Positions 7,152-11,872 of a stretch of 11,872 nucleotides of DNA are shown in pieces (the stretch's first letter is position 1; each line of letters starts with the position of its first letter). The position numbers were made by a program, and so were the translations under genes. A model generated the notes under the pieces. That model did not search any database and had not been told where the DNA came from. It worked only from the letters and a program-made list of their open reading frames with translations. Source of the stretch: Armatimonadota bacterium (GTDB taxonomy: Bacteria > Armatimonadota > Armatimonadia > Armatimonadales > Armatimonadaceae); assembly GCA_043754515.1 (NCBI GenBank), contig JAYUUO010000147.1, positions 1-11,872 of the forward strand. Reading direction: 5' to 3'.

Positions 7152-8076
7152 GCACTCCCGCGAAGAGACAGTTCGTTCGTTACGCTACAGTGAAAGGGAG
7201 TTCGGAACGGCGGGCTTGTTTCTGGGCGAATCTGCCGCGCTCGACACACCGCTATATCTCGCGGGGGAACGGCGATTCGGCTCTGCAGGAGTGCTTACAA
7301 CGGGATGCGGCGAAATATCCGCGCTTCGGTTATCGCCGTCTTCATGCGATGGCGAAGCGGGCGGGTCATGTCGTCAACCATAAGCGGGTCTACCGACTAT
7401 GTAAGGAACAAGGCTTGTCCGTGCGGCGGCGAACGAAACGCAAAAGCACGTTGCCGAAACAGGAGCGACCCAACAAAGCGGAACAGATGAATCATGTTTG
7501 GACCCAAGAAAATCGGCGGGCCGATTTTTCTGCGTCGATTTTGTTCAGGATCAGTTGGTATCGGGCAGGAAAGTGCGGATGTTGACAGTCACGGATGAGT
7601 ACACTCGTCAATCGCTCGCTATCACAGTCGGGTTTTCTCTGAGGTCGAAGGATGTGGCGAGTACGTTGTCGCGGTTGATCGCGGAGCGGGGCGCACCGAA
7701 GTTCTTGCGTTCGGACAACTCAGAGAAATCGCCCGGAGCGATTTTCTTGCGCTCGGAGTTCATCGCCCTGACTTTGCGTGGCTTCTTGCATCGGGGCGGG
7801 GTGTCAACGGCGTACATAGATAAAGGTAGCCCGTGGCAGAACGGCTTCGCGGAGAGTTTTCACAGTCGGTTCCGCGACGAGTTCTTGAACATGGAGGTGT
7901 TCCTGTCGCTGGGGGAGGCGACCAAGAAGACGGAGGTCTGGCGCAGGTGGTATAACGCGGAGCGGCCGCACGGCTCGTTAAAGTACGCGAGCCCGGACAC
8001 GTTCGCCCGGAATGCCCGGGAGGGGAAGGCGACACGCGAGACTGAGGCGGGGGCTAACACAAACGCTGGTACATAA
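7139..8076 (+). pseudogene. IS3 transposase OrfB (DDE/rve), frameshifted by small insertions
   Basis: YPRFGYRRL, VNHKRVYRL, HVWT|VDF, RSDN|SEF, PWQNGFAESF..RFRDEFL, YNAERPHGSL; 29-nt and 30-nt insertions. Confidence 0.92.
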
Positions 8077-10880
8077 AATGGGGGCAGGTCAGACCCGTTT
8101 TGCGCGGCGGCGGCTCTCGCCATGTGTCGGCGGGAGATCGGGCTTTCTTATGAGCGCACACGTGTTGTAGGGGCAATGCGCGTGACCGGGCGCGGTAGCT
8201 CGGACAAGGATGTGGTCGCGGCGTGTGAAAAACTGGGTGACGTAACGGCAACCGTATATCGCGGTGACGAGGCGACTCTTCGGGCGTTGCCCAAGCCGCT
8301 TATCGCGCACGTGGAACACGACCACTTCGTCGCCGTGGTGAAGGCCGACAAGACTGGCGTCACCTACTCCTGTTCGGACTGCGGGACATGGCCCGGAGGC
8401 CGCATTTCTTTGTTGTGGGAGCAGTGGCGGGCGATGGACACAAGCGAGGTGCTGTCTATCGCAAGAAGAGCACCTGAAAGCAAGCCGAACCTACTCACCG
8501 CGCTCACTGGTCGGATCAGACCACTGTTCGGGTTCGACGCGCACAGCAACGCTGGAATTACCGCGCTCGCCGGTGGGGCACGGTCGGCGATAGCGGGCGC
8601 GACTACCCCGGTCACGCTCACGGGCGACCATTGTGGGGTTGACATCGGCTCGCTACGTTGCCAGAAGAACCCGAGTTGCCCCATGTATGAGGGCGGGCAC
8701 GGGTCCGGCCCTAGTTGCCATGATCCGGTGAACCTGTCCTCAATGGAGGAGGAGCTATCGCCGGAAACCGACCTATCCATATACAATCCCACGGGACCCT
8801 CCGTGCTGTGGCAACGCATGTACAACAGTCTGCGCGGTCACCCCTTCGCCGTTGACGATCCCGAGACGATGCTCGGCACGGGCTGGTCCCACCCCTACAA
8901 CGCGTTCGTTCGCATGCCGGGGACGGGGAGCGACCGGTACCTGGTGCTTCCCAACGGATCCCGCGTCGCGTTCACTCCCGATAGCAACGCGAACGGGGTT
9001 TGTTCCTGCACCCTCAAATCTGCCGGAGAGCCGTTCCGCATCTTCGAGGTACACGAGAGACAGATAGCGGCATCCCCGAATCAGGTCACCGGCGATACAG
9101 GAGTGGCGGATGATCTGGGAATTATAGTCATACCGGTACGTTACAACTGGATTATATGTCACACGGACGGGACCGTCTGGTATACCGAGCGCAGCATGGT
9201 GTTGGAAGCCAAAGATCACACCATCGTTCGTGTTCCTGGGCCGAACTTTTTCCTCAACGTCATTGAAGATCGCAACCACAACTCAATCTTTATCGAAACA
9301 GACCGAAGTCGCATCCTGGGCGATTCCGGCAACAAGACACTCTTCCGAATTCGTCAGAGCGGGCCAACGGGCAATATACTACTCAATGTTCAAGCGTCAA
9401 AACCCGACCAGAACGGGAAAGTGACTATCGTCGCGTCGGACTGTTACAACCGCTCCGTGCAGTATTCCCGGTATGGCTACGGGTACGGCTCCGTAAACGC
9501 ACCCACTATTAACTACTCGCTCCTCGCCGACGTGTCGTACATGAACAGAACCGATGTGCGCGAACGGTACGACTATGTCAATGTTCCGAACACCGGACTC
9601 GCTCCGAAGTGCCTCTCCGCTATAACCGTCCCGTCCCCCACCGGATCGGGGACGCGAACGGCGTGGTGACGACGCGCCACTTCGACACCCCAGATGGCGC
9701 GCTTTCCGCCGTTCAGTTCTCGGAGTCGGACGGCACGACATGGACCGGCGCGAACAGCAAAAACAACGCCCTCTTTTTCTACGACGGTTTGGGCCGACTC
9801 GTTCAGAAGAGTGACGGGGCGGAAACAGTGCGGGTCGCCTACGGGCCGACCGGGGTGGTGGCGAACACGAGCCGTGTCTACAACGGGCCTCTCCGCGCCG
9901 ACGCGCCGCTCAATATCCCGATGACGCTTTCGTACGGCTACAACCCGGACGGAAGCCGCTCCTCGCTCGGCACGCCCGCCGGTACGATCAATTACACCTA
10001 CGATACGCTCGGACGTCTCGCCTCGGTGGCGGATCCATTCGGCAACACGGAGCAGTACACCTACCGACCCCGCGACACGGATAATGGTGCCTTGCTGAAA
10101 TCGTGTCGGTTCGGGTCCTCCGCGATGTACGGTACCAACGCGGCGATTGGGGGGACCCGCTACGGGCTGGATTCGTTGGGAAGGCTTGGCGAACTTGTCT
10201 ACCTGAGTTTCAGCACGTACGATTTCCAGTACCACGACGCGATCCACTTCGGTGACATGGCCGGGGGAAACCCTATCACCTATGACGGCGCGGGGAACCG
10301 ATTAAGCGTCTGGACAGCTGGACTTGTAGATCAATATTACTCACCCCACAACGAAACATTCACTTACGACGCTAAGGATCGCCTGACACGCCACACCTCC
10401 AACACCGCTTCCCACGAGTTCACCTACGATAGCATGGCGAACCCCATCGCGTTCGAGTCAGGAGGGGCGCAGTCCTTTAACCTGTGCAACCAACCGACGG
10501 ACGGGACATTTACTTACGCTCCGAACGGTGACCCGACGATCCACCATGGTACCAACACCACGTTCGATTGCAATGGAAACCTGACAACGTTCGGCTCGAC
10601 GATGCGGGCGGGCTATAACGTCTCCGGACGACGAATCTTCAAGGATAGTCCTACCGGCAAACGCCAATATTTTCTGTATGACGGCTCCCACCCGATCATG
10701 GAGGTCCAGTCCAACGGTCAGGTACTGGCTGTCAATACCTTCGGTGGCAAGGGACTGATTAGTCGCTCGACGTTCGCTACTGACGCGGCAAACATAGCGA
10801 ATATTAGTGCGACAGTACCGAACTTCGGGACGATTAATCACCTGCCCTGTGACCCTGTTCAAGACGGCCCCCCCTGTGAC

Positions 10881-10952
10881 CCGACGCCGTCGCCGACCCC
10901 CACGCCGTCGCCGACCCCCACGCCGTCACCCACCCCCACGCCGGTACCGACA
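10881..10952 (+). repeat. Four tandem 18-bp units encoding (PTPSPT)n
   Basis: ccgacgccgtcgccgacc / cccacgccgtcgccgacc / cccacgccgtcacccacc / cccacgccggtaccgaca. Confidence 0.9.
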
Positions 10953-11553
10953 ACAATCACCCTCGGGGCATTGACGAACAACGTTTTCTACATCTTCGAT
11001 GAACGCGGCAACGCGGTGTTGCGCGAGGCTCTCAAGTCCACTAATTACGCGGAGCAGTACAACGCCTACGGTCACACTTCCAGTACCCGAGGGGACGGCG
11101 ACCCGTGGGGCTACGGAGCGCAACACGGCTACTACACGGATCAGGACACGGGCCTGGTCTACTGCGCGCACCGCTACTACGACCCGAGCACGGGCCGGTG
11201 GCTGAACCGTGACCCGGCGGGGTACGCGGGCGGTCAGAACCTGTACGCGTTCTGCGGCGGCAACCCCGTGATGCGCGGCGACCCGAGCGGCCTGTCCGAC
11301 GAGGACGAGGATCTGGGCGACGACTCGAACTTCACGAGCGCTGGCCAGCTGTACGCCAAGGCGGCGGTGTCGTTCGCCAAAGACCCGATGTGGCGCGACG
11401 GGAGCTGCCAGCGCAAGGAGTTCTCGTCCGCGATCAGCAACATCCCGGCGGTCGGCGTCGCAAACAACGCCATCATTGCCTTCACCGGCCACGACGCCTC
11501 GCCCCTTCAGCGCGGGTCCGCCACCGACGCGAGCCGTGTTCACGGATCGAAAT

Positions 11554-11593
11554 GAGAAACCGGCGATACGCCTCCGCGTGTCGCCGGTTTCTC
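11554..11593. terminator. 18-bp stem hairpin between convergent genes, probable bidirectional terminator
   Basis: GAGAAACCGGCGATACGC-ctcc-GCGTGTCGCCGGTTTCTC with one T.G pair; no long U tract. Confidence 0.7.
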
Positions 11594-11612
11594 GTTCCAA
11601 CGTCGCTCTGAA

Positions 11613-11872
11613 CTAGGGCGTCGTGTAGCCTATCGCGCCGCCCGCCGCTTCCTTCCGGTCCGCCGCGCCTGGCTTCGGGTCAACGCGAACCGGCCCGCCG
11701 CCGCGCGTCTCGCTGTCGTCCGTCGTGCCCGTCGGACCCGAGCCGGTTCCGTGGTCATCGTTATCCGGGTCGCTGCCGAAGATCCGCGCCCGTAGCTTCC
11801 CGAACCCCACCGTCAGATCGTCGAACAGCGTGTAAAACACGGGAGTCGCGACCAGCGTCAGCAGGAGCGAGA
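11613..11872 (-). CDS. 3' end of an RND efflux permease (AcrB/MdtC-like), partial
   Basis: Frame open from the window edge: SLLLTLVATPVFYTLFDDL, typical of the last TM of RND permeases, then a polar tail to TAG 11613. Confidence 0.8.
   Translation of the reverse strand, partial: SLLLTLVATPVFYTLFDDLTVGFGKLRARIFGSDPDNDDHGTGSGPTGTTDDSETRGGGPVRVDPKPGAADRKEAAGGAIGYTTP

Larger units (their letters stand above)
6775..8091 (+). mobile_element. IS3-family insertion sequence (IS407-group-like), 1317 bp, inactivated
   Basis: IRL TGACCTGCTCCCCGAAAAGTGTACCA (6775-6800); IRR reverse complement TGACCTGCCCCCATTTTATGTACCA (8067-8091); TG...CA ends; 4-bp target duplication GACC at 6771-6774 and 8092-8095. 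Confidence 0.96.
6100..11555 (+). pseudogene. Disrupted TM/signal - TPR - C39-like peptidase - DUF6531-like - RHS repeat protein
   Basis: Fragments 6100-~6300 (hydrophobic N-terminus), ~6300-6774 (TPR-like), 8096-9669 (C39-like, DPVNL...DL...RMYNS...LGTGW) and ~9650-11555 (YD repeats, RYYDPSTGRWLNRDP...NLYAFCGGNPV..DPSGL). Removing the IS and one GACC rejoins the frame; two -1 frameshifts remain. Confidence 0.88.

Noticed and set aside
6839..7585. 248-aa ORF as a natural OrfA-OrfB fusion transposase
   Set aside because: Artefact of the 19-nt insertion shifting OrfA into the OrfB frame; it loses the leucine zipper and ends before the DDE core.
11390..11611. 73-aa ORF as an RHS immunity protein or frameshifted toxin
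   Set aside because: Mostly overlaps the RHS tail, Arg-rich shadow composition, no RBS, and runs through the hairpin.

Overview
GC-rich bacterial window. The left half is ordinary chromosome: a minus-strand run of rhodanese, serine hydrolase, and thioredoxin read in-frame into IscX; a secreted SH3-like protein; a Crp/Fnr regulator divergent from a ferredoxin with a CRP-type box between them; a class II glutamine amidotransferase; and an atypical SMR transporter. The right half (6100-11555) is one large broken gene with the architecture signal/TM - TPR - C39-like cysteine peptidase - DUF6531-like - RHS/YD repeats - RHS core - short tail. It is split by two frameshifts and by a 1317-bp IS3-family element (6775-8091, GACC target duplication) inserted two codons before the predicted catalytic Cys. 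The most unusual signal is inside the IS: four 19-30 nt hairpin-associated insertions interrupt conserved transposase motifs, and two of them are inverted copies of the same ~30-nt element. The window ends in the 3' end of a convergent RND efflux permease. All family calls come from motif recognition by eye; no searches were run.
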